From assembly GCF_001447785.1 (NCBI RefSeq), contig NW_015169808.1:584403-641514 (forward strand): a stretch of DNA of 57,112 nt, written 5' to 3'. Below are positions 13,108-24,986 of the stretch, in pieces. The notes below the pieces were generated by a model, which was given only the letters and a program-made list of their open reading frames with translations, was not told where the DNA came from and searched no databases. Source of the DNA: Gekko japonicus (taxonomy: Eukaryota). Position 1 is the stretch's first letter. The number at the start of each line of letters is the position of its first letter. Position numbers and translations under genes: made by a program.

Positions 13108-15930
13108 GAAGTGTCAAAGTGTCTTGTATATGGATATGCGGCCTGGCCATCTGGCAGGCCATCTGCACAGGTGACAGGAATCACGCGGTAGTGTTACCAG
13201 CTAGAGCCATCTGGCCCAAGCAGGAAGGATTTTAGAAAAATACTTTATTCTATATAGTCAGTATTAGTGAAGTGTCACTGGAAAATTCCGGTTGCAAACC
13301 AGTGAGATTATTTTAATTTGGTGGTCCGATCCCTCCAGCCTTTTGAGAAGCAAAGCCATTCTTCCCACACCAGAGCTGGTGGTGACAACAGATGCCAACC
13401 TTAGGGGATGGGGAGCTTACATGGAGTCAACCCATGTACAAGGGAATTGGTCACTTCGGGATCAATCCAAACCAAGAAATTGGTCATAGTTGCAAACCTT
13501 TTTCTTATCCCTTCATTATTTTCCCTTCAACCATCAAATCCTCATCTGTGGGCATTTGCATCAACAATATGTTGGCTAAGGTCTATGTGTACACCCAGGG
13601 GGGCACCAGGTTGAGAAGCCTTTAGTGTAAACTTCAGGGGTCATTAGGTGGTCAGAACTTCACCTACAAAGCATAAAACCAGATTACATTCAGGGCTTGG
13701 CCAACGGGGAAGTGGATTGGCTTCCTGAATCAGTCCTGGACCCAAATATAGAGTCTCTGAAGACATTGTTCTGCAACCAGTACCTCTGTCCTGAGGCAAA
13801 AGAAAATAATGCCTTCCTCCAGTCCTGGCCAGAGGGCTTTATAATCACAATCACTTCATGTATTTTCATCAACTGTATTTACTGTCACAATAATCTCATT
13901 TACTTGAGATCAATAATATAATTGATATAATGTTTGAATATATTTAGCGTCTTGTATGCCAGTCTGTTCATTACATGTTGAGCCATCTTTGGATTGGTTC
14001 CTCCAGTCCTGGCCAGAGGGCTTTCTGTATGCATTTCCTCTGATACCAGTGTTTGCAAGGTGAAGGAATTGGGTGCACAAGTTATTGGTGTTGCTCCCCT
14101 TTTGGCCCAGAAGGCTATGGTTCCTGGGTCTGGTGAGTGCTCAAAGGGGAACCTTGAACTTTTCCAATTTCAGTGGTCATCCTGAAGTAGGGGCCAATTG
14201 TTCTTCAAGTCCCGGGAGTTTCATGCTAACCGCTTGGTTCTTGACCACAGATCTTAAATCATTTACTGCTTTCAGACAAGGTGATTCAGATTGTTCTAAC
14301 TGCCAGTGGTATGTCCACTTCTAGAAACTGGTGCACTGTTAGTTGCATGGAGAATTTGAACACAACTCTATAGGACATATTGCCTTTCTTACAGAGCAGT
14401 CTGACGGGCCTACGCCCCAGTACTTTAAAGAGAGGATTGAGAGTTCTAGCCATCACCCTACCAAAGTGTGATGGTCACCCAATCTCCTCACATCCACTGG
14501 TTAAGGCGTCTCCTCTCCCATCTTCTTACAGTACATTTGGAGGCTTAATTTGGCCGTTTGAACTGCTTCTTAAGGTTCTTTGAAGGCAATGATGTTAAAG
14601 ACCTTTTTCCTGGTCTTGGTTACTGCGGCCCATAGGGTCTTACAGATAGTAGACCTCTCTGTCAGAAAGGTCTTGTGTGTGTTGCATCAGGACATGATGG
14701 TTTTTGTGATTGACCCAGATTATCTCACGTGTTCCACGTATCTGAGGAGATCTTTCTCCCTACCTTTGTCCTAATCTGTCACACTAAAAAGAGTAGGGAT
14801 GGCTACTCTATATGGCCGTAGGGCTCTTCACACATATATTTTTAGAGCTAAACAGTGGTATAGGTGTGATTTGCTCTTGGGGGCATTAGTCTCCCCAATA
14901 AGGTAAGAGGGTAACCAAGACTTTGTTGAGTAGGTGGCTGAAGCAGTGCATGGGGGAGATATGTAGGGCAATTATTTGGCCCAGTCCTACTTTCATATGC
15001 TCTACAAGGTAGTCAACTGGATGTCTTTGGATACAGCCCTTGGCCACCAAGTCCTGCAGCAGATAGTACAAGAGGATTAAGGATGTTGAGGCTTTTTTAC
15101 CCACCGTGGGGACAGTATGCTTTGTTACATCCCCACAAATCGGGGTCTTCTAGTCCTTCCAAAGGAGAATGGCACATTAGTACTTACCGTGAAGGTCCAT
15201 TCTCCTTGCAAGTGACTAGAAGGCCCGGGCCCACCTCACCCCTGAAAAAGGGAAATGAAACATAGAGGTGCAGAAGGACAGAGATGTTATAGAAAAAGAG
15301 GGAAGTTCCCTGATTGAGTGATTGACCCAGTTTTTAGTCTGGGTTGGATTCTGTTGCTGTGTTTGCTAAATTTTTCAGATTACGTCATGGGCCAAGGGAC
15401 CTATGGAAGTTTCCGGACTGAAGAGGAGATGGGGAAACTCCTCTCCTCTGGAACAATAAAGCTGGACTTCCTGCTGCCAGAAGTGGAGAGAAGGGAGTTC
15501 TGTACATATCCAGGTCTTCTAGTCACTTCCAAGGAGACATACCAATGTGCCATTTTCTCTCCTGAGCTCTTTCATTCCTAGGCTGGGACAAGTCCCTTTC
15601 TTGAACTTTATGGAAGCGGCACTTGAATGGCTTTGTGATACTCATGGCTTTTGATCTGCAGTTTGAACACACTTGTATAAACACATACCCTAATGGCCCT
15701 AAAGTGTCTGTTCCTTAGGCTGATGCCAGATGCTCCAAAGAAAAGTGGATAATGAAGGGTAATTGGTTTGTAAAGATAATTAGTTAGCTCTCCACGACAG
15801 TGTATTCATTAGTGCTAGTGTAACCTGAGAATCTGAAACCTCCTTGAATAAGTAACATATTCACCAGTTCAGAACAGCTCTGTGCTTTCATCAAAGTATT
15901 TGTGTTACTGAGTGATTGGGGGTTCTAAAG

Positions 15931-16010
15931 GAAGACAGGAAGGCCTGGCGGGATCTGGTCCATGGGGTCGCGAAGAGTCGGACTCGACTGTGCAACTGAA
16001 CAACAACAAC
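15931..16010 (+). mobile_element. BovB (RTE) 3' end fragment
   Basis: gtccatggggtcgcgaagagtcggactcgact...(CAA)n tail. Confidence 0.8.
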
Positions 16011-16599
16011 ATTATGTAAAACAGTTTCTCTGCTCATAACTCCATTTGCTCTCATTGTAACCTGTCATTTTTTAAAGAAACAAATAATACCTTCTACAAA
16101 CTTGAAAGGATTGCAAGATGAACATTTGTAAGAATTTGTCAGACTTGAATTCTGCAATAAACAGAAAGTAATACTATAGTTTATTTTTTTCTTCAGTGTC
16201 GTACATAGTGTCCAAAATACAAACCCACTTTTCTTTTCTCAGTGTCTTCTCTGCCCTCCATTCTCTGCTCTGTATGTAGTTCATTGTTGACCTTATCAGC
16301 TATGTGAGGGATTAATCCAATGAGGGATTAGTTAGTTTCAGTGGTAGCATTTGCAGTTTAAAATTTCACTTTGTGAAATAGCCAGGACAACTGATACGAT
16401 TAATAAATAAATAAGAGGCAGTGTGCGGCTGTGGATAGTGTTGGAGTAGAACCGGTTAGACCCAGTTTTAGATCTCCACTCTGGCAGGCAATCTCAGTGG
16501 GTAACTCAATGGAGTGTCCTTGAGTATATCATACTCATCCTAATCTAACTCCCAGGGTAGTTCTGAAGATAAAATGGAGGACGGGGAACCATGTGGGCT

Positions 16600-17393
16600 T
16601 TGTTGTTGTTGTTCAGTCACACAGTCGAGTCCGACTCTTCACGACCCCATGGACCAGATCACGCCAGGCCTTCCGGTATTCCCAGCATGAGGGTCTTCTC
16701 CAGTGAGTGCTCCCTTCTCATTTGGTGGCCAAAGTATTTGAGCTTCAGTTTCATTATTTGGCCTTCCAGGGAACAGTCAGGGTTGATTTCTTTTAGGATT
16801 GACTGATTTGATCTTCTTGCAGTCCAAGGGACTCTCAAGAGTCTTCTCCAGCACCATAGTTCAAAAGAATCTATTCTTCGGCGCTCGGCCTTCTTTATAG
16901 TCCAACTCTCGCAGCCATACATGACTACTGGGAATACCATTGCTTTGAACATGCGGACTTTTGTTGGCAGGGGGATGTCTCTACTTTTTATCATGCTGTT
17001 TAGGTTTGCCATCGCTTTCCTCCCAAGGAGCAGGCGGCTTTTAATTTCATGGCTGCTGTCACAGTCTGCGGTGATCTGGGATCCCAGGAACGTGAAGTCT
17101 GTCACTACTTCCACGACTTCCCCTTCTATTTGCCAAGTAGTGATGGGGCCGGATGCCATGATCTTCGTTTTTTTGATGTTGAGCTTCAAGCCCACTTTTG
17201 CGCTCTCCTCTTTTACCCTGAACAAGAGGCTCTTAAGGTCCTCTTCACTTTTTGCCATTAGAGTGGTATTGTCTGCATATCTGAGGTTGTTGATCTTTTC
17301 CCCAGCAATCTTAATTCCCGCTTGTGATTCATCCAGGCCAGCATTTCACATGATGTACTCTGCATATATATTAAATAAGCAAGGTGACAATAG
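16600..17393 (-). mobile_element. BovB (RTE) LINE, 5'-truncated, with 11-bp TSD
   Basis: ORF 16659..17258 (LKLNIKKTKIM, VMYGCESWT, FELWCWRRLLRVPWTARRSNQSIL); NLRYADNTTL variant of YADD; TSD ccatgtgggct at 16589-16599 / 17394-17404; (CAA)n tail. Confidence 0.95.
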
Positions 17394-17422
17394 CCATGTG
17401 GGCTACCCAAAAATAATTGAAT

Positions 17423-17650
17423 GAAGAAGAAGAGAAGAGATTGGATTTATACCCTGCCCTTCACTACCCAAAGGTGTCTCAGAGCGGCTTACAAAGTCCT
17501 TTCTCTTGACAGAAACTGCTCTTTTTCAAGAACAGCTCTTATCAGAACTGCGGCTTGTCCAAGGTCATCCAGCCAGGTGCAAGTGGAGGAGTGGGGAATC
17601 AAACCCGGTTCTCCCAGATTAGAGTCCGTGCACTTAACCACTACACCAAA
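17423..17650 (-). mobile_element. tRNA-derived SINE (Squam3-like), internally deleted
   Basis: Minus-strand head tttggtgtagtggttaag...ggtttgattcccc; same family as 24640, 29748, 32006 and 38510. Confidence 0.8.
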
Positions 17651-17714
17651 CAGAATAAAAACGTGACAGTGTTAATCCTATCCATCCTGTTTAGTTGATA
17701 GCATTACTTAACAT

Positions 17715-17810
17715 ATACATGCCTTGCTCGATCTCATCAGATCTCAGAAGCTAAGCAGGGTTGGCCTTGGTTTGTACTTGGATGGGAGACCACCAAGGAA
17801 GTCCAGGGTT
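17715..17810 (+). mobile_element. 5S rRNA-derived SINE head or 5S pseudogene
   Basis: gatctcatcagatctcagaagctaagcaggg...tacttggatgggagacc resembles the 5S internal control region; diverged. Confidence 0.75.
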
Positions 17811-18668
17811 TTATCTTGCCATTAATAGTTATTTTCTTTCTTTTTTTCCTTTTTTTTGTTGTTGCTGAAGGATTGCTACCAGATGAATAATGTTTCATTT
17901 ATTTATTTTATTAGGTTTTTGTCCCATCCCTCCCTGAATGGGTCTTGGGGCGGCTAACAACATGACAATACAGTAACAGTAATAAAACCATAATTCAAAT
18001 AAAACCCAAAATTTATTAATAAACATTCTGAACACTTGCACTTATGACTAATTTGTGTGTTATTTACTGACTTTGTTGTTAATATCAGTCTTTAGTTTTG
18101 TGGAAAGGCTCTATTATATATAAATTGATATGTTTTTAATTCCTCATTTGTGTATTATGCCTTAAATTTAAAAGGGAGGGCAGACTGCTTAGAGAAAGTT
18201 AGCGTTAGAAAAGCTAATCCCTGCTGTGATTCTGTTTGCTAGGGTAGACAGAAACTTTAAACTATATGCAGGTCATGCCATAGCAATTTAGCTTATCAGT
18301 ATTTACTACTGAAATTTCACGGTTAAATTGAATAGCAATTGGTTGATTCCTCCCACCCACCTCATCTCTCTATTGAAAGGAGGGGGGAAGAGAATTTGCA
18401 GTGCTTTTCCAATTCGTAAGATTTTGTTGTTTTTATGGAGTATGCAATAAAGAGCTCACAAAAACCTTATGAAATGCCCTCATAAATTATTCATATGCAG
18501 CAATAGTTGCTAAAAGAAGTAAATAGTGTTTAATATTTCAGATTGTTTACTTGTGTTATTTTTTCCAATGGAGTTCTGTTCTCAGTAGGGTTTCCTTTAA
18601 TTGGAACCCACTGTTACAGTTGTAGCACTGTGACGAGGAAAGTACTTAGGTGAATAGGACTCCATGAA

Positions 18669-18914
18669 TAGGGTTGCCAGGTCCCCCCTGGCCACTGGTG
18701 GGGGATGGGTGGGGTAGGGTTGCCAGATCCAGGTTGAGAAACTCCTGGAGATTTGGGGGTGGAGCCTGGGGAGGAGAGGAACCCCAGTGGGGTACAGTGC
18801 CATAAATCCCACCCTCCAGAGCCTCTAGTTTCTCCAGAGGAACATCTCTGTAGTCTGGAGATGAGCTGTAATTCTGGGGGATCCCCAGGTCCAACCTGCA
18901 GGCTGGCATCCCTG
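18669..18914 (+). mobile_element. hAT-type MITE (TIR TAGGGTTGCCA)
   Basis: tagggttgcca...tggcatccctg ends; homologous inverted copy at 32625-32854. Confidence 0.7.
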
Positions 18915-20007
18915 TGACGGAAGTGTTAATTCCGTGTGGCTTTATGCTGTTCTTTCTGGTCAGTCCTTGTGAAGTGGAGGGATGCTGTCTGTTTTGCGGC
19001 CATGCTATGCGCAAGCTTGTGTACCTTTCCATATTTAACCAACAGAGCCTCCAAATCTGGTTTGCACATGCAGATGAGGCGGGAGTGGTAGAACTGTATG
19101 GTAGCACCATATCAAACGACAGATAGAGGATTCCATCTTTAAAAACCAGCGCGGTAGCCAAAGAGAAGTGTGGCAGCAACTTATGGGCTGGGGGACAGGA
19201 AAAAACCCAGCTTTCACCACTGAAGGGTGAAGGCAAGGTGATACTGTTTCTGGCAGACTAGAAGGCAAGAATGGAACTGCTGAGGTTGTGGCTGCAGCAC
19301 TGTATAAGTATGCAGCTGCTGAGTGGTTAGTGGAATCTGCTGATGTCACAAGCTCGTGCTGGGTTCCACTGCACACCAGAAAGACGCTGCATGTGTGACC
19401 CCAGAAGCTACTTCACTGCTTTTCATGGCAGTCGCCTTCCCCTCTTCCTTCAGCAGTGGTGGCAGCCGCGATACTCCCTGCACTTCACCCTTCCCCACCA
19501 GCCACTGCTTGGAGAAGAAGTAGAACTGCCAAGCTGTCTTTCTATTTGCTGGGAGACTTTTATGCAAAGCAGGATTCTAAACCAGAACCCGCTCCTACCG
19601 CCTGAAACGATGCAATTATTTCTACCCCCTCTGTCTCCTGCATGTATATAGAGCATAGAGAGAAGGAAAAAGAGGAAGCAGAAATGTTTTAGAAAAGATC
19701 TTACATTTTTTTAGTAAGCAACTTTTGTCTATTCTGCAGTGTCTACTAAACCCGACACAGTTTTTTCCAAACTGTACTGACATAGAGAACGCTTTTGATA
19801 GGTGAATGCTATTTTCTTGGAAGATTTGTAACAGGATGTTCTTTTTTCCTTTCTGGTATTTGTTGGTTTCTTGTTTTATGTATTTGAAGTCTGCATGCTT
19901 CAGAAGAGATGTAGAGTGGTGATCTGTCTGGTCTTTCTTTCTTGCCTTTGTTGGGATTTTTCAGCTGTGCTGTAGAGATCCTAAATGTACCTATCGCTGT
20001 TTTTCAG

Positions 20008-20100
20008 ATGCCGGACTCTGTCAGGTTCACCCAGACCAAAGAACTTTAAGAAGGTTCATTTCATCAAGAACATGCGACAGAATGATACGAGGAGTGGCAG
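20008..20100 (+). CDS. CABLES1: CABLES1 coding exon (probably exon 3), 93 nt, CRTLSGSPRPKNFKKVHFIKNMRQNDTRSGR
   Basis: ttttcag acceptor, GTATTT donor at 20101; lies inside ORF 19985..20266; continues the frame of the previous exon. Confidence 0.95.
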
Positions 20101-20272
20101 GTATTTCAGAGTCAAAGAACGCTGTTTAGTGGTAGAGGCAGAATGGAACAAAAGGTTATGCCAGGGAAATCTTCCAACTATGCCAAGACTGGTTTTATTT
20201 CAATTTGCAGAGCTTGAGAAAGAATCATCACCTTTACAATGTGTAGAGAGGACGGTATGCATATGAGTGCCG

Positions 20273-20490
20273 GTGAACCCCTTCTGCATGTGGCAATACA
20301 TGCAGGAAAATTCCTTGACCATACAAAGATAACCGTGCCCTCTCCAGAGACTCTCTTACCTTTCACTTAGGCTTAGTGCCTAGTGAACCCCTTCCGCATG
20401 TGGCAATACATGCAGGAAAATCCTTGACCATACAAGGATAACCGTCCCCTCTCCAGAGAATCTCTTACCTTTCACTTAGGCTTAGTGCCT
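20273..20490 (+). repeat. Tandem duplication, two ~110-bp units
   Basis: gtgaacccctt...ggcttagtgcct at 20273-20381 and 20383-20490, few mismatches. Confidence 0.9.
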
Positions 20491-20639
20491 GGGATGTGTG
20501 AGCTTAAGGCAGTTATGCCAGTGCCTCTTTCTGTGCCTTTTCCCCCTCCCCAGGAGTGTCCAGGGCCTCCCCACCCAACCAAAAAGCCAAGGGTGTGAGT
20601 TGGGAGAGTTTTCGTGGACATCTCCTAGCCCACATCATT

Positions 20640-20860
20640 GACTTTATTTGCTTCACTTATATCCCACCTTTCTCTCCAGTTGGGACCCAAGCAGCTTACC
20701 TTGTTCTCCTATCCTCCATTTTATCCTCAAAACAACCCTGCAAGGGAGGTTAGGCTGAGGATGTGTGAGTGGCCCAAGGTCACCCAGCAAGCTTCCGTGG
20801 CAGAGTGGGGATTCGAGGCTGGACCTCCCAGGTCCTAGTCTGACACACTAACTACTGCAA
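20640..20860 (-). mobile_element. tRNA-derived SINE (related subfamily)
   Basis: tggcccaaggtcacccagcaagcttcc...ggggattcga core; a similar older copy lies at ~21140-21320. Confidence 0.65.
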
Positions 20861-21901
20861 TGAGGGCTGGGAGTCGGGCAAAATCACATGTCCTTTCAGC
20901 CCAGTGGAAAACTCTCTCTACCCTCTTCTTTGTGGAAAGAGTAGGGGGTCTGTTTTGTCCTGCTGTCCCTCCTCATTGCAACATCCCGTGGCATCTGTCT
21001 GTGAGATTTACACACACCCACACACACCCATGGCTAGCATTAGATTTTGGGGGTTTCTGAAAGAAGAGGAAGGCACAGAAAGAGCCACCTCCAATAGTGC
21101 CTTGCATTTGTTCATCATTGGATGCAGCTCATTATCTCATTTGTATCCCACTCTGTTCCTGCAAGGAGTTTAGGGGAGCATACAATGTCCTCACTTTTTC
21201 ACTTTCATCCTCATAATGTTGTTAGGCTGGGAGAGTGACTGACACAAGCTTGTCCAGACTGTTTCATAGCAAAGTGGGGATTTGAATCAGGGACTCTCCA
21301 ATCCTAGTCTGATGCTGTAACCCATGGGTAGGCAACCTCTTAGGCTTGAAGGTTTTTTTTTTTAAAAAAACCCACAGAATGTCTATTTATGAAGATGGTG
21401 GTGTGCCACCGAACAAAGCGGGAGAGGGAACAGCAAGGGTTGTACTTGGACAGGCGCACTGAAAGTGAACTGAGTCCCAGTGTGGCTGTGAGAACTCTAG
21501 GAAGCATGCCTATGACCTGGGCAGCAGCTGTACCAGTCTGTGAAGCCTACCTCAGCTGCTTAGGCTACAGACTGTATGCCAAGTAAAGCTGTCTTGGGTA
21601 TTGATGTTTGGCATGGGTGCCAGATATTGCCTACCCTGATCTAACTGCTAAACCTGGCTTTCCCCTGTGCTGCAACCTGCCCACCAGGCTACGATACAGC
21701 TTTGGGATACTGTGAAACTGCAAGCGTCTTCTGTGGCATGTGGGGTACCTTTGCCCAAATTCTGTTGGTATGCCAGCTGCGGCGTCTCCTGGATAGGCAC
21801 AATTTGGCCACCTGTCCATATTTTGACCACATCCAGTTGGACCGTTAAAAAATGTTATGTATGGGGACTGCTTTTGAAAGCTTCAACTGGTACAGAACTC
21901 A

Positions 21902-23502
21902 GGGCTTCCGGTTTGGACTTCGCGAATGGCGGACGCATCTTCGGGACGCTCCCGAAGTCGTTTCGCCCACGCGCGGCCAAGGGGGGGGGAATCCGCACAA
22001 GCGGAGACCTTAAGGAGACCCAGGTAGGGGCTCCGATCCGGGGCGCACAGGGGATGTGCCTCTTTCCCGGCCGAATGGTCGGAAATTGAAGCTCGCCCCA
22101 TGCCCCAATGGCCCTAGCCACGGCAGTGCCCCGCACGGGGACTAGCGGAGCCGCCTGTCNNNNNNNNNNNNNNNNNNNNNNNNNNNNNNNNNNNNNNNNN
22201 NNNNNNNNNNNNNNNNNNNNNNNNNNNNNNNNNNNNNNNNNNNNNNNNNNNNNNNNNNNNNNNNNNNNNNNNNNNNNNNNNNNNNNNNNNNNNNNNNNNN
22301 NNNNNNNNNNNNNNNNNNNNNNNNNNNNNNNNNNNNNNNNNNNNNNNNNNNNNNNNNNNNNNNNNNNNNNNNNNNNNNNNNNNNNNNNNNNNNNNNNNNN
22401 NNNNNNNNNNNNNNNNNNNNNNNNNNNNNNNNNNNNNNNNNNNNNNNNNNNNNNNNNNNNNNNNNNNNNNNNNNNNNNNNNNNNNNNNNNNNNNNNNNNN
22501 NNNNNNNNNNNNNNNNNNNNNNNNNNNNNNNNNNNNNNNNNNNNNNNNNNNNNNNNNNNNNNNNNNNNNNNNNNNNNNNNNNNNNNNNNNNNNNNNNNNN
22601 NNNNNNNNNNNNNNNNNNNNNNNNNNNNNNNNNNNNNNNNNNNNNNNNNNNNNNNNNNNNNNNNNNNNNNNNNNNNNNNNNNNNNNNNNNNNNNNNNNNN
22701 NNNNNNNNNNNNNNNNNNNNNNNNNNNNNNNNNNNNNNNNNNNNNNNNNNNNNNNNNNNNNNNNNNNNNNNNNNNNNNNNNNNNNNNNNNNNNNNNNNNN
22801 NNNNNNNNNNNNNNNNNNNNNNNNNNNCAAGCATCTTCATCAACGCCTATGAAGATTGGAGAGCAGACAATTAGAATTTTGAAAGATGTTCCATTTGAAA
22901 TTCGAATGAAAAGGAAAGCATATAAAGGATTGACCTTATTCTTGCAGAACCATCAAATTAATTATCGCTGGTTGATTCCAGAAGGACTCATTTTCAAGTT
23001 CAAAGATAAAAGGGAGAAGATTGACTCCATTTTCAAAGCTCAAGACTTTTTGAAGAGGCACGCCAGCAAGGAGGAAGCAGCACTCGCCACATGGGAGGAA
23101 ATGGACAGCGACAGAGACAGCGGATCGGAGGGGGAAGTTAAGACCCCGGAGGACAAAGGAGCAGGGAAGGGTCCTTCATACAACCTGAGAGACGTGAAAG
23201 GGAGGCTGCCCAGACCATGAAGACGAGTTCGGAAAGCGCATGAAAAAGACTTTACTAACAAAAACCAGAGGGACACTACTAATCTATTAACAGGGTTTTT
23301 TAATTTTCTTAACAGATAAAGATGAAAGACGATTGACAACTCGCAGAAGAAGCCAAAAGAAGATTTGTGTATTACTAATAAAAGATTAACATACTAATAA
23401 TAAGATCACCCAAACTTTTCTTTATCCCACTATATACCTTCCTCTTTCTTTATTGAAAAATGAATAAACTCTCTCCTTTTTAGGAGAGTCAATTAAAAAA
23501 AA
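21902..23502 (+). mobile_element. L1-like element encoding only ORF1p (half-L1/HAL1-like), with poly(A) and 17-bp TSD
   Basis: CpG-rich 5' end; ORF1-like C-terminus IRILKDVP..IRMKRK.Y..L...L....INYRWLIPEGL ending at TGA 23220; AATAAA 23463; A-tail; TSD aactggtacagaactca at 21885-21901 / 23503-23519; 668-N gap inside. Confidence 0.8.
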
Positions 23503-23574
23503 AACTGGTACAGAACTCAACAGGGTGACTGCTGAATGGCATAAGTCACCACAATTCTGTGTTTGGCTGTGCTT

Positions 23575-23945
23575 TCTTGTTGTTGTTGTTGTTGTTGTTA
23601 ATTGGATTTGCCAACTTCCCTCCCCCAAAGGACCGGGCTCAGGGCAATGCACAAGACAATCATACAAAACATCAATAAAAACAGATTAAGACAGCGGTTA
23701 GAGATAGCACTGAAATTCCAATAGAGCTGCTGCCTCCCGGAGAAGGACAGGGAGGTGGGGGTGCCAAGATGTAACCATCGCTGTCCTCAACCGAATGCCT
23801 GGCATTACAAGCCCTGCAGAACTGTAACAAGTCCCGCAGGGCACGGATGTTATTCGGCAGAGCATTCCACCAGGTTTGGAGCCAGGGCAGAGAAACACCC
23901 TGGCTCTGGCTGGGGACAGCCAGCCGCCATTTTGAGGTGGTCAGA
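23575..23945 (-). mobile_element. L2-group LINE 3' fragment
   Basis: TWWNALPNNIRALRDLLQFCRAC is similar to the C-terminus of the 1-1740 element; (CAA)n tail. Confidence 0.75.
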
Positions 23946-24639
23946 ATTCCAGAAGTTCCCTCAGGCTGCAAAACCTTGGGGACCCCTGGCCTAGAGGAAC
24001 ACTTGTAGTAGATTAACACCCAACTTACAAGACATCCTGCACTGCCCCTGACAGCGTCTGTGTTTTGAGCTGAAATCCTAGCACATCTTGTACCAACTTC
24101 ATTATATATTGGACTATTAAAATGCATGCTTTGAAAAGACTCATGTCAGATGCTTTTGGAAACTTAATTATTGCTCTGAACTGTAGTATTTAGTGTAATT
24201 TTTGTGTGAAAACACAACAGAGTGAAGCCATCTGTTTGATGCTAGATCTTATTAGCGTATAAGTAGTATAAGTAGTAGTGCTGTCATCCAGTTTGCAGGT
24301 GCCAATTGTTGAGGCATTTATGAACTCTGGCCTAGAGGATCCATTTATTTCTCAACTATCTATAGCAGAGTGCTCTACTAAAAACAAAAACAAAGAACAG
24401 TGACATCAGCTGCCCAACCCATTAGTCGTTTCCCTTGAGCTGCCTTACTTAAGAATAATGAAAGAGACAAAACTACAATGCAGAATTTTAATGGAACCAT
24501 TAAGTCAATACACAGATGCAAATTACTAAAGATTTAACTATTTACCACTCACAACCCTCTTGCTTTCCTTAAAACATTGTTTTTTCAAGCCATATAATGG
24601 TTTTGTTTGCACAAGCTGTAAAACACTGATTGCCTTTAT

Positions 24640-24910
24640 GAGAGCCAGTTTGGTGTAGTGGTTAAGACCGACAGACTCATCTTGAAAACCAGGTTTGATT
24701 CCCCACTCCTTCTCATGCAGCCATGGGTGACCTTGGGTCATTCACTGTTCTCTCAGAGCTTTTTCTCAAAAGAGCAGTTCTCAAAAGAGCTCTCTCAGCC
24801 CCACCTACCTCACAGGGTGTCTGTTGAGGGGAGAGGAAGGGAAGGAGATTGTAAGCTGCGCTGAGACTCCGAGTGAAGGGTGGGGTATAAATCCAATTCT
24901 CCTCCTCCTC
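24640..24910 (+). mobile_element. tRNA-derived SINE (Squam3-like), full length
   Basis: gagagccagtttggtgtagtggttaag head (A box), ggtttgattcccc (B box), ataaatccaat(tcc)n tail. Confidence 0.85.
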
Positions 24911-24986
24911 CACATCATGAGGATGTGGAAATCAGTACATTATTGGATGTTCCATCCTACATATTCATTTTTGTTTTGTTCTCTAG

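Larger units (their letters stand above)
8873..15560 (+). mobile_element. Degenerate DIRS1-type tyrosine-recombinase retrotransposon (gag, RT, RNase H, MT-like, YR) with inverted terminal repeats and ICR
   Basis: ITRs 8877-8996 / 15415-15537; ICR 15131-15229 complementary to both ends; gag-like WLRNW..PFKG (10465 ORF), RT FQFQAV/FGLALAPRSFTK and YLDD, RNase H VVTTDANLRGWGA, AFLQSWPEG and PFWPRRLWF, YR-like LKTFFLVLVTAAHRV. Confidence 0.88.

Noticed and set aside
17715-17810. Functional 5S rRNA gene
   Set aside because: Truncated and diverged, with no proper termini; better explained as a 5S-derived SINE or pseudogene
24640-24715. tRNA genes at the SINE heads
   Set aside because: A/B boxes are followed by a SINE body and tail, are repeated many times and form no full cloverleaf
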